IMG/VR virus record: IMGVR_UViG_3300037423_001133
Location: 1 to 33,236 of that record
DNA length: 33,236 nucleotides
Strand: one strand, 5' to 3'
Origin: a virus
Lineage: Duplodnaviria; Caudoviricetes
Part shown: positions 17,020 through 26,272 of the stretch, piece by piece
How the letters are laid out: every line of letters begins with the position of its first letter
Position numbering within the stretch: position 1 is the stretch's first letter
Translations under genes and position numbers: made by a program
The notes under the pieces: generated by a model
What the model saw: the letters and a program-made list of their open reading frames with translations, nothing else
The model's database searches: none
Told to the model about the DNA's origin: nothing

Positions 17020-17735
17020 TGGCAAAGACGCTCCTCCAGATCGCGACCCAGGCGCTGGGGGAGCTTGGCCTGACCGCGCCTACGCTGATCGCATCCAATT
17101 CCGACGTGACGGCGGTTCAGATCCTTTCCCTGCTCAACCGGGAAGGGTCTGAACTGGCGGACGTGGAAGGGGGATGGCCACAGCTTCGTGGTCAGCAGTC
17201 GATCACGCTCGTTCCCGGTCAGGAGGCGTACAGCTTCCCGACCGACATCCTCTATTACCGCCAGGGCAGCACGTGGGATCAGACGAGCCATTGGCAGGTT
17301 GTTGGACCCTTGTCGGATCGCGAGTGGCAGTTGGTGCGCTCAGGGCTTTCCGTCTCGCCTCCGTTTCCGGCACTGCGCTATCGGATCATGAACGACCAGG
17401 TGCATTTCGATCCCGTGCCCGGAACGGCCGATACGATCATCTTCGAATATGTCTCGGCCAATTGGTGCAAGAGCAACACCGGCACACCGCAAAGCCAATT
17501 TCTGGCCGACACCGACATGCCGATCCTGCCCGACGATCTGTTCGTGCTCGGGCTCAAATGGCGCCTGCTGGCCGCCAAGGGCATGAATTATGCCGAGGAG
17601 CGTGCGGCTTATGATGCGGCGGTAAGCCGGAAGCAGGGCCGCGCCTTCAATAACGGGCCGCTCCCGCTCAATCGCCGCCGCTATCGCGGGCAGCTCGATG
17701 GCTGGCCACTTGGGCCAATCACAGTAACCACCTGA
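17019..17735 (+). CDS. Head-tail adaptor protein (T7 gp11/P22 gp4 position)
   Basis: TLLQIATQALGELG N-terminus, YSFPTD, LGLKWR; synteny. Confidence 0.78.
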   Translation: MAKTLLQIATQALGELGLTAPTLIASNSDVTAVQILSLLNREGSELADVEGGWPQLRGQQSITLVPGQEAYSFPTDILYYRQGSTWDQTSHWQVVGPLSDREWQLVRSGLSVSPPFPALRYRIMNDQVHFDPVPGTADTIIFEYVSANWCKSNTGTPQSQFLADTDMPILPDDLFVLGLKWRLLAAKGMNYAEERAAYDAAVSRKQGRAFNNGPLPLNRRRYRGQLDGWPLGPITVTT

Positions 17736-19528
17736 TGCGCAGCGCTCTCCAGATGCAGCGATCCGGCGCAAAACGCGCCGCCGTCACGCGCACGACCACA
17801 ATTCCGGCTCCCGTCAGGGGACTGAACGCCCGCGACGCCATTGCGGATATGAAGCCGACTGACGCGGTGATCCTCGATAACTTCTTTCCGGCAGTCAGCG
17901 ACGTGTCGCTGCGCCTAGGCTCGCGTGCCTATGCCACCGGCATGACGGGCGCCGTCGAGACCATCATGTCCTATCGGTCGAACACCACGACCAAGATGTT
18001 CGCGATCGCGAGCGGCAGCCTCTACGACGTGACGAGCGTGGGCCCGGTCGGCGCGGCCCAGCTTACCGGATTGAGCAACAGCCGCTGGCAATGGGTCAAT
18101 TTCGGAACGCCTGGCGGGCAATTCCTGCTGATGGTCAATGGCGCCGATCCGCTCCACGTCTATAACGGTACGAGCTGGTCGACCGAAGGCCTGGGGGCCG
18201 GAGCAACGATCAGCTCGATCACCTTCGTTGGCACAACCGCGACCGTGACCACCTCCACGGCGCATGGGCTGAGCGCGGGCAACACGGTCACAGTCACCGG
18301 TACAACCCCATCGGCCTATAACGTGTCCGGCGCGGCGATCACAGTCCTGTCATCGACCACGTTCAGCTATACGATGGGCAGCACACCCGCGAGCAATGCG
18401 ACGGTGGTTGGCTCCTATACCTATTCCCTGGCGGTCACGGGTTTCGATACGTCGAAGGCGATCCAGATCAACGCCTTCGGGCAACGCATCTGGTTCGTGG
18501 AGAAAAACAGCTTTCGGGTGTGGTATCTAGCCCTTCAGTCGATCGCGGGCGCTGCGACCAGCCTTGACCTTTCGTCCCTGTTCAAGCTCGGCGGCAGTCT
18601 CGCCGGAATGGTGACATGGACCGTCGCCGGCCAGACCGTCACGCAGCAATATGCGGTGTTCGTCTCGACGCAGGGCGAAGTGGTCATCTTCTCTGGGTAT
18701 GATCCGGCCAGCGCCTCGACCTGGGCTCAGGTGGGAACTGCACGAATTGGTCAGCCGGTCGGCAACCGCTTCTGGACGAAGCTCGGGACGGATGTGGTGA
18801 TGATTACGGCGGACGGCTTCGTGCCGCTCTCCGAAGTTCTCCAACTCGACCGCAAATCCAATGCCGACGCGATCAGCAACCGGATCGTGAATGCCGCCAA
18901 CGCCGCGGTGCAATCCTATTCGAGCAATTTCGGCTGGCAGGTGTCGCTCTACCCTATCGGCAACAAGCTGTTCGTCAACGTGCCGCTGATAGAGGGATCG
19001 AAATCGATCCAATACGTCATGAACACCATCACCGGCTCGTGGTGCAGCTATTCCGGGCTGAATGCCAATTGCTGGGAAGCCACGCAAAGCGCCATCTATT
19101 TCGGCGGCAATGGCACGGTATACCAAGCCGAATATGGCTATGACGACAATGGCACCTCGATCTACGGGACGATGAAGCCCGCGTTCAATTATTTTGGCGC
19201 GCCTGGCCTGATCAAGCGCTTCACGCAGGTGAAACCCGTGATCCTGGGCGCCGGCAGCCCGGCCATCCAGATCGATCTTACGGTTGATTTCGCAGATCCG
19301 GATCCGACGAGCACGCCGCGCCTCTCCGCTGTCAGCTCCCTGCCGCAGTGGGGCGTCACACCTTGGAACACGACCCGATGGGTGCCGATCCCCCAGGTGA
19401 TCAGCAACTGGCAGGCGGTTTCGGGCATGGGCATTGCTGCGGCGGCGCGGATGATGGTAAATGTTAAGGGTGCCCCGTTCGCGTTCGAGGCGATCACTTA
19501 TGCCTATGAGGTCGGCGGCCTGTTCTGA
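17735..19528 (+). CDS. Tail nozzle / P22 gp10-like beta-propeller with inserted FCCH-like domain
   Basis: PAPVRGLNARD..DAVILDNFFP N-terminus; beta-rich; Thr-rich insert TVTTSTAHGLSAGNTVTVTG. Confidence 0.8.
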   Translation: MRSALQMQRSGAKRAAVTRTTTIPAPVRGLNARDAIADMKPTDAVILDNFFPAVSDVSLRLGSRAYATGMTGAVETIMSYRSNTTTKMFAIASGSLYDVTSVGPVGAAQLTGLSNSRWQWVNFGTPGGQFLLMVNGADPLHVYNGTSWSTEGLGAGATISSITFVGTTATVTTSTAHGLSAGNTVTVTGTTPSAYNVSGAAITVLSSTTFSYTMGSTPASNATVVGSYTYSLAVTGFDTSKAIQINAFGQRIWFVEKNSFRVWYLALQSIAGAATSLDLSSLFKLGGSLAGMVTWTVAGQTVTQQYAVFVSTQGEVVIFSGYDPASASTWAQVGTARIGQPVGNRFWTKLGTDVVMITADGFVPLSEVLQLDRKSNADAISNRIVNAANAAVQSYSSNFGWQVSLYPIGNKLFVNVPLIEGSKSIQYVMNTITGSWCSYSGLNANCWEATQSAIYFGGNGTVYQAEYGYDDNGTSIYGTMKPAFNYFGAPGLIKRFTQVKPVILGAGSPAIQIDLTVDFADPDPTSTPRLSAVSSLPQWGVTPWNTTRWVPIPQVISNWQAVSGMGIAAAARMMVNVKGAPFAFEAITYAYEVGGLF

Positions 19529-20001
19529 TGCTGCTGGAGCCGATCCCGAACAGCAATCGGGTCATTGTCGCGAATGATGACCGGTTGCTGGACTGGATGG
19601 CGGCTCGCATCCCGAACATGGTCTCGTCACCTACCGCCCGGGCGATCGGTATTGGAGAGAACGGCGAAATCATCGCCGCAATGGCCGTCCTCGGCGTCAA
19701 CCAGCGCTACCGGACTGCTGAAGTCGCCATCGCCTCGGATAATCCACGATGGGCTACACGCGGCGCTCTTCGGGCGTTCCTCGGCTATCCGTTCGAGCAA
19801 TTGGGTTTGCAGCGGATCACAGCGATTTCAGCGGCCTCCAATCATGCCGCGATCAACTTCAACCTGAAGCTGGGTTTCAAGGTCGAAGGGGTGATCCGTC
19901 GCGGCTATGGCGACGAGGATTGTATCGTCATGGGGATGCTTCGCGAAGAAGCAGAAAAATGGCTTCGGCCGCCTGTTGCGCCGACGCGCGAAATAGAATA
20001 A
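19528..20001 (+). CDS. GNAT-fold acetyltransferase-like protein
   Basis: YPFEQLGLQRITA..SNHAAINFNLKLGFKVEGVIR (RimJ/RimL-type motif). Confidence 0.85.
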   Translation: MLLEPIPNSNRVIVANDDRLLDWMAARIPNMVSSPTARAIGIGENGEIIAAMAVLGVNQRYRTAEVAIASDNPRWATRGALRAFLGYPFEQLGLQRITAISAASNHAAINFNLKLGFKVEGVIRRGYGDEDCIVMGMLREEAEKWLRPPVAPTREIE

Positions 20002-20064
20002 AGTTCCACCAATCGATGGCGGCATCCGTGCCCCACCATCTCAGCTTGAAAACTGAGGTGGTAA

Positions 20065-21576
20065 ATGGGCGATCTTTTCGGAAAAGACCAGCCAAGCACT
20101 CCCGATCCGTATCAGACGGCGCAGGCGCAAACCCAAAGCAATGAGCAGACGGCGAACTATAACGCTGGCCTGAACCGCGTCGATCAATATACCCCATTCG
20201 GAAGCTCGGTTTACACCAACAGCGGCACCGATGCCTCGGGCGCGCCTCACTATCGCCAGGATGTGAGCCTGACGCCCTTGGCGCAGCAGCAGTTGGATAA
20301 TCAGCTCAAGCAGAACGCCCAGCTATCGAACCTTGGCTTCGGCCTTGCCGATCAGGCCGGTGGGTCGCTCAAGAGCCCGATTGATACCTCTGGGCTACCG
20401 GGACTGCATGGTGGCGCAGGACCGGGCCAGATCCAGACGAGCATTTCCGGTGTTCCCGGCGTCCAATCCTCGTTCAATCCAGGCGGCCATATTCAGACGC
20501 AGATCAGCAATGCCGGTAACATCCAATCAGGTCTCGATTTCTCCGGCGCACCGCAGCTCTACGGGGCGGACAATTTCAACGCCGCCAACATGCGCACTCA
20601 GGCGGCCGAATATGCCCAGGCTGCATCCCGCCTCGACCCCCAATGGTCGAACAACCAGCATGACCTTGACGCGAAACTGGCGAACCAGGGCGTCGTTCAG
20701 GGCTCGGAAGCATGGCAGCGGGCGCAGGACGAGATCGGCCGCCAGCGCAATGACGCCTACAATCAGGCAGTCTATGGGGCGATCGGCGCGGGCAATCAGG
20801 AACAGCAGAATCTGTTCGGCAATAGCTTGGCCGCGCGCCAGCAGTCGGTCGGCGAGACGCAGGCGGCCGGGAACTTTGCCAATCAGGCCGAGCAACAGCA
20901 GTTTGGCCAGAATGCGCAGCAGGCTCAGTTCGCCAATCAGGCGCAACAGCAGCAGTTCGGCCAGGATGCGGCGCGGGCGGCCTTCACCAACCAGGCCCAG
21001 CAGCAGGCCTATGAGCAGGCCATTGCATCCGGGCAGTTCGCCAACGCGGCCGAAGCGCAGCAGTGGGCGCAGGCCCAGGCGGCCATTCAGGCCGGGAATG
21101 CTGCGCGCGCGCAGGGCCTACAGGAGCAGACGAGCCTGCGCGACCTGCCGCTGAACGAATTGAACGCGCTTCGGGCCTCGACGCAGATCCAGAACCCGCA
21201 ATTCTCGCCTGTGCCGCAGGCGAGCGTCGCCAATACCGACATCAGCGGCGACATCTACAAGTCGGCCCAGATGAACCAGGCCAATTCGAACAACTTCATG
21301 CAGGGGCTGTTCGGCCTCGGCGGGGCGGCGCTACAGGGCGCAGGCCAAGCCGGCGGCTTCGCCGCGCTATTCTCCGATCGTCGGCTGAAGAGGGATATTG
21401 TCCGGATCGGCTCGACGCCGATTCTCGGCCTGCCGCTCTACGCTTTCTCCTATGTATGGGATCGCGGGAGGCGGGTCGTCGGCGTCATGGCCGACGAAGT
21501 CGCGCGCGTGCTGCCCAGCGCTGTCCTTGAGCATCCCTCCGGCTATCGGATGGTCGATTACGGGCAGATTGCGTGA
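20065..21576 (+). CDS. Internal virion/ejection (pilot-like) protein with C-terminal S74 autocleavage domain
   Basis: PDPYQTAQAQ..NRVDQYTPFGS N-terminus, Gln/Ala repeats, FSDRRLKRDI...GVMADEV...GYRMVDYG. Confidence 0.8.
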   Translation: MGDLFGKDQPSTPDPYQTAQAQTQSNEQTANYNAGLNRVDQYTPFGSSVYTNSGTDASGAPHYRQDVSLTPLAQQQLDNQLKQNAQLSNLGFGLADQAGGSLKSPIDTSGLPGLHGGAGPGQIQTSISGVPGVQSSFNPGGHIQTQISNAGNIQSGLDFSGAPQLYGADNFNAANMRTQAAEYAQAASRLDPQWSNNQHDLDAKLANQGVVQGSEAWQRAQDEIGRQRNDAYNQAVYGAIGAGNQEQQNLFGNSLAARQQSVGETQAAGNFANQAEQQQFGQNAQQAQFANQAQQQQFGQDAARAAFTNQAQQQAYEQAIASGQFANAAEAQQWAQAQAAIQAGNAARAQGLQEQTSLRDLPLNELNALRASTQIQNPQFSPVPQASVANTDISGDIYKSAQMNQANSNNFMQGLFGLGGAALQGAGQAGGFAALFSDRRLKRDIVRIGSTPILGLPLYAFSYVWDRGRRVVGVMADEVARVLPSAVLEHPSGYRMVDYGQIA

Positions 21577-23288
21577 TGGCCGGCAATATCCAGAACGTCA
21601 GCTTCATGTCGCCAAATGCGGCGGCACTGTTCCCCGACATCGCGGCGCAGGAACAGGCGCTCGCGCGTCGGCAGGCGTTCGTCGACGCGCTGCGCCAGCA
21701 GGGCCAAGAGGACATCAACCCGAACGGGGGCGCCATCAGTTGGACGCAGGGCCTCGCGAAGATGCTGAGCGCCTATGCTGCGGGTCGCGGACAGCGGAAG
21801 GTCGATCAGGAACAGCTCAAGCTCGCCCAAGCGCTCCGTGGACAAACGGCACCGCTGTTCGGCCTCAATGGTCAGGATGCGCAGGCGCCGGGTCCCGCGC
21901 CGGCTAGTCCGCCTGCCAATCAAGCGTCTCCGGCCCCAGCCCAGCAGCCTCCGGGCTATACCAATCCGACCGCGCGCGCCCTTGTCGGCCAAACCGATCA
22001 GCGTGGCGCCTATGGCTCGGGCGGCATGGAAGACGACGGCAACCTTCCACCCCCATCCGTTCCGGCAAGCCAGTCGGATACCCCACCGGGTGCTACCCCC
22101 CTATCGGTGCCCGGTGGGGCAACCCCTGCCGCGCCGCCGTCCCAAGGCCCGCTACAGATGCCTGGCCTTTCGCCTCAGGAGAGCCAAGCCCGCTACATGA
22201 TGGACCCGCAAGGGTTCATGCAGCAGCTTCAGGCGTCGTCATCGCCGACGAATGAGATGAAGAACATCGCCGCCCAATACGGATGGGGCACGCCTGAATT
22301 TAAGGCGGCGTTGGCGCAAATGAACGCCAAAAACAATTATATCGCCCCGATCAATGCACGGCAGGGCAGCGTCATCCTCGACGCGACGACAAACAAACCT
22401 ATCTTCCAAACAGCACAGGTCCCGGTCGGCTCGGTCGCCAATTATGGCCCCGATGGCAAGGTGCAGAGCATCACGGCTGTTCCCGGTGGCACGGCGGCGA
22501 TCCAGGCAACGAAGGCCGCCGAAGCCACCGGCAGCGCGGCTGGCGACCTGGTCGACGTTTACGATCCCACGACCCATCAGATGGTCAAGGTGCCAAAATT
22601 GGCCGTTCTCAGCGGGGCGGCAGGTGGTCAGAAACCGTTCGCTGCCGGCGCCCCCCTCGGCGCGCAGAAGGCCTTCGACGTGTCGGGGGGCAACAGCGCG
22701 AACGCCTTCCAGGCGATCAGCGATGGCGCCGCCGACGTGCCGAACCGTATCTATGCGCTCAACCAGATGTCGACGTTGGTCAATGACCCGAGATCGACAT
22801 TCGGCCCCGGCAGCACCCAGTGGAACCACCTCACAGGGTTGCTCGGGACGCTGACCGGAGGCTCGGCGCCATCGGCCAATAATGCCCAGGAATTCAATAA
22901 GTGGGCGGCGCAATATAGTGCTCGATCGGCGCAGGAGCTTGGCCTGTCGGGCTCCGATGCGCGTGTCCAGATCGCGATCCACGCCACTCCCAACGGCGAG
23001 ATGAACACCGGCGCGCTCAAGATGATCATCCCGCAGATGGTCGGCCTTGAGCACGCCAAGCAAGGCTATGCGAATGCGGCCGTCGCCTGGCAGCAGACCC
23101 ATGGGCCCGACACGGTTCAGGATTTCCGCACCGAGTGGAACAAGGTCTATAATCCCGGCATCTACACCCATATGGTGCAGGGCCCGCAGGCATTCGCGGG
23201 CTGGGTTAAGTCGCTCTCGCCGCAGCAGGCCGGGCAGGTCCGTCAGCAATATCTTGCGCTGAAACAGCTTGGCGCTCTGCCCCAATGA
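21576..23288 (+). CDS. Internal virion/ejection protein
   Basis: 570 aa, Gln/Ala/Pro-rich, second of three long genes after the GNAT. Confidence 0.7.
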   Translation: MAGNIQNVSFMSPNAAALFPDIAAQEQALARRQAFVDALRQQGQEDINPNGGAISWTQGLAKMLSAYAAGRGQRKVDQEQLKLAQALRGQTAPLFGLNGQDAQAPGPAPASPPANQASPAPAQQPPGYTNPTARALVGQTDQRGAYGSGGMEDDGNLPPPSVPASQSDTPPGATPLSVPGGATPAAPPSQGPLQMPGLSPQESQARYMMDPQGFMQQLQASSSPTNEMKNIAAQYGWGTPEFKAALAQMNAKNNYIAPINARQGSVILDATTNKPIFQTAQVPVGSVANYGPDGKVQSITAVPGGTAAIQATKAAEATGSAAGDLVDVYDPTTHQMVKVPKLAVLSGAAGGQKPFAAGAPLGAQKAFDVSGGNSANAFQAISDGAADVPNRIYALNQMSTLVNDPRSTFGPGSTQWNHLTGLLGTLTGGSAPSANNAQEFNKWAAQYSARSAQELGLSGSDARVQIAIHATPNGEMNTGALKMIIPQMVGLEHAKQGYANAAVAWQQTHGPDTVQDFRTEWNKVYNPGIYTHMVQGPQAFAGWVKSLSPQQAGQVRQQYLALKQLGALPQ

Positions 23289-26272
23289 GCGGTGATCCCT
23301 TCCTTGATGCGCTGAACGCGAAGGCCGGGGCGGCCCCCGCTCCCGCAGCCCCCCCGGCTGTTCGTAACAATAATCCCGGCAATCTCCGCTGGGATGGCCG
23401 CTCGCAATGGCAGGGGATGACGGGCGTCGATCCCAATGGGTTCGTCCAGTTTGACACACCCGAGAGCGGCCAACGCGCCCTGTCCATCAATCTGGCGAAC
23501 CAGGCCAATCTCCACGGCCTTAATACGGTTCGCAAGATCATCGCGAAATATGCTCCGCCCTCGGATCACAACAACACGGACGCTTATGTCGCGAGCGTCG
23601 CGGGTAAGCTGGGCGTGGGGCCTGATGACGCGATCGATCCCACCGATCCGCGCGTCAATCAAGCGATGCAGTCGGTCATCGTTCCAACCGAGCAGGGCGG
23701 CGCTCCTGCCGCCGCTCCCACTCCGCAACAGCCGGCAACTCCCGATCCCTTCCTTGCCGCGTTGGACGGTGCTACAAAGGGCGGTGGTTCCCCACCTTCT
23801 CAATCTGCTCAAGGGATTGGCGGCGGCGGCCCTGATTCCGGTGTTTCCGGTGGCGTACGCCCTGTGGATCTACAATCTTCTGGGGGATCCGGCGCGCCAT
23901 CGCGGTCGTCGGAAGATTTTGGTGGAACGGGTTCCTGGAGCAACGGATTTAAGATTCTGGGGAAGGCGGCGGAGATTTTTTCGCCAAGCCTTGATGCGCT
24001 TGCCCATAATCGGAGTGTTTATGACACGACGCTCGACCACAGCGCGGGATTTCTCACCGGAGTGGCGCAGATACCTGCGGCAGCCCTCAACCTGGGCGGC
24101 TATCTCTCTGAAAAACTCGGCGCCAACGATACCGGACACGCCTTCCGGACTGCCGGTGATTTCATCGGACGCGGCTTCACGCCCCTCAGCTCTGACCCCA
24201 CTTCGGAGGGCTTCCAGGGAAACAAAGCGCTAGGCGAGTTCGCGGCAACCGCGCCGGTTGCCGAGATCAAGCCGCTCACCGCGTTGGCCGAGGCCGGTGA
24301 CGCTGGAAAGATCGCGCGACTTGTCGCCCGATACGGCGATATGGCTGGGCAGGGCGCAGCCGCTGGCGCGGTTAGTTCCCATGGTAAGGATATGGGCGAG
24401 AACATGGCCTATGGTGCCGCGTTCGCGCCTATGGTGGGCGCTGCCGGCGATATCCTGATTCCCCCGGCCCTCAAAGTCGCTGGCGCCGTCTCGAGCAAGG
24501 CGAAATCCATAGCGGGCGCGATCCGCGAAGCGGCCGGTGTTGAGGCGCCCGATGCCGCTCAGGCAGCCGTGACGGCACAGACGATCCGCAAGGCCAGCCA
24601 GCTTCCGGCCGGCGCAACCGACGTTCAGCGCGACGGCGCTGGCAATGTGCTGGGCTTCCGTGACGCGCAAGGTCATTGGACCGTCAACATTGACGGTGGC
24701 ACCCAGGAAGCGCCCCAACCAGTCACGCCGAAAAGCGCATCTCCTGATGAAATGCGTACCGCCCTCGGCTCGCGCGGTTCCAATTCAGGGCTAGAGGCAA
24801 ACCCCAATCTCGCACCCGATGTTGCGGCGCATGTCGATCGCCTGACGCAACAAGGTGTTCCGCTCGACCAGGCGGTACGAGAAGCTGAAATCACCGCCGT
24901 TGGCGCAAAGCCGACAATCGCCAACGTCACGCGCAATCCAGAGGATCAGGCTGCCGTTTGGGAAGGGGCCAAGCAGGCCACTCCCGAGGGGCGCGCATTG
25001 TCCGCGCAGATCGCGCAGAACAATGCGGCAGTGGTCAATCGCGTGCAGGGCATGGTGCAAGACCTGGGCGGCGTCCCGGCGCAGGGAGAATCGGCTGAGA
25101 CGGCCGCTACCAGCCTTGCCAAGGCGAGCGACCTTGAGCGCCAGAAGGTGGCCGACCTGTACGCCAAGGCCGCGCAAAGTGGTGGCGAAGCGACCGTTGA
25201 TGCGAAGCCTTTTGCTGACGTGTTCCAGACGCCTGAGGCCAAAGCGCCCGTGACCAATGAGGGGCGCGCCTTCGTCCAGGGGATGCGCCGCCAACTAGCC
25301 GCGCTGACCGATAACGGAGAAAGGCCGCTCACTGCGTCGGATCTGGAGCGCCTTCGTCAGACCGCGAACGATGCTTATGATCCGACCGCCGCCAAGGAAG
25401 TGAACCGCCTAGTCGGACAGTTCAAGGACGCGATCGACGCGCGCTTTGATGAGATTGGACAGGAAAGCGATTCCTATAAAGTCGCGCGTCAGGCTCATAA
25501 GGCATGGGCGACCCAATACGACAACCCCGAAGGCATCGCCTCGCTGATCAAGCGCGATGCCCAAGGCAATTTCGTCAACGGCGATAATTGGCGCAAGGCA
25601 GAGGGTTTCGTCGGATCGACGGCCGACAAGCCCTTCGTGCAGATCGTTAACCAGCTCAAGGCCAACGGCGACACGGCCGCCATCAACCGCCTGAAGGCAT
25701 CCATCCTCCAGCGGGCCTATGAGCGCGCCACGAACAACGCGACCGACAAGCTCGGCAATGCGACGCTGAATGGCAAGCTGTTCTTCGCCGAGCTGAACAA
25801 GGTCGGCACGGCCAAGCTGAACGCCCTATTCTCGCCGGCCGAGATGTCTGACATCGCGACCACGGGCCGCGCAGCCATCCATATGAACGAGGCAGTTCCA
25901 GGGACGAATAACACCTCCAACACCTCGTCGGCTCTCGTCAAAGCGCTTCAGGCGCAGGGCAAGAAGTCGGGCAAGGTCAAGACAGCGCTCAAGGTCGGCG
26001 CGCATGGCGCAAGCCTCGTTACAGGGCATCTTGGGGGCAATATCGCCACCGAAGGCGCCGGCAGGGTCGTCGATGCCGTCACGGAGCATGGCAAGGCAAG
26101 ACAGCTCGCGAAAGCGCTGCGTGAGGCGTCAACTCCGGAAGCGCATCGCGCCTCGCAGAAAGCCGCACAGGAACGCCTTGCCGCCGCAATGAAGCGCCGC
26201 GCGACCGCCCGATCCGCCTCATCCCGCGCCGCGCCCCTTGCCGCCGCGCTCAAGCAGCACAGGGGGAAATAA
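23285..26272 (+). CDS. Large ejection protein with N-terminal lysozyme-like (RNNNPGN) domain
   Basis: VRNNNPGNLR..FDTPESG..TVRKIIAKYAPPSDHNNTDAY; Ala-rich helical remainder. Confidence 0.8.
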   Translation: MSGDPFLDALNAKAGAAPAPAAPPAVRNNNPGNLRWDGRSQWQGMTGVDPNGFVQFDTPESGQRALSINLANQANLHGLNTVRKIIAKYAPPSDHNNTDAYVASVAGKLGVGPDDAIDPTDPRVNQAMQSVIVPTEQGGAPAAAPTPQQPATPDPFLAALDGATKGGGSPPSQSAQGIGGGGPDSGVSGGVRPVDLQSSGGSGAPSRSSEDFGGTGSWSNGFKILGKAAEIFSPSLDALAHNRSVYDTTLDHSAGFLTGVAQIPAAALNLGGYLSEKLGANDTGHAFRTAGDFIGRGFTPLSSDPTSEGFQGNKALGEFAATAPVAEIKPLTALAEAGDAGKIARLVARYGDMAGQGAAAGAVSSHGKDMGENMAYGAAFAPMVGAAGDILIPPALKVAGAVSSKAKSIAGAIREAAGVEAPDAAQAAVTAQTIRKASQLPAGATDVQRDGAGNVLGFRDAQGHWTVNIDGGTQEAPQPVTPKSASPDEMRTALGSRGSNSGLEANPNLAPDVAAHVDRLTQQGVPLDQAVREAEITAVGAKPTIANVTRNPEDQAAVWEGAKQATPEGRALSAQIAQNNAAVVNRVQGMVQDLGGVPAQGESAETAATSLAKASDLERQKVADLYAKAAQSGGEATVDAKPFADVFQTPEAKAPVTNEGRAFVQGMRRQLAALTDNGERPLTASDLERLRQTANDAYDPTAAKEVNRLVGQFKDAIDARFDEIGQESDSYKVARQAHKAWATQYDNPEGIASLIKRDAQGNFVNGDNWRKAEGFVGSTADKPFVQIVNQLKANGDTAAINRLKASILQRAYERATNNATDKLGNATLNGKLFFAELNKVGTAKLNALFSPAEMSDIATTGRAAIHMNEAVPGTNNTSNTSSALVKALQAQGKKSGKVKTALKVGAHGASLVTGHLGGNIATEGAGRVVDAVTEHGKARQLAKALREASTPEAHRASQKAAQERLAAAMKRRATARSASSRAAPLAAALKQHRGK

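Noticed and set aside
22239-23459. 406-aa antisense ORF and similar long antisense ORFs across the late operon
   Set aside because: Shadow ORFs expected from high-GC codon bias; Arg/Gly-rich with no motifs.
20065-26272. Tape measure protein or long tail
   Set aside because: No tail tube, sheath or tail chaperone genes; the adaptor-nozzle-GNAT-three internal proteins order is podoviral.
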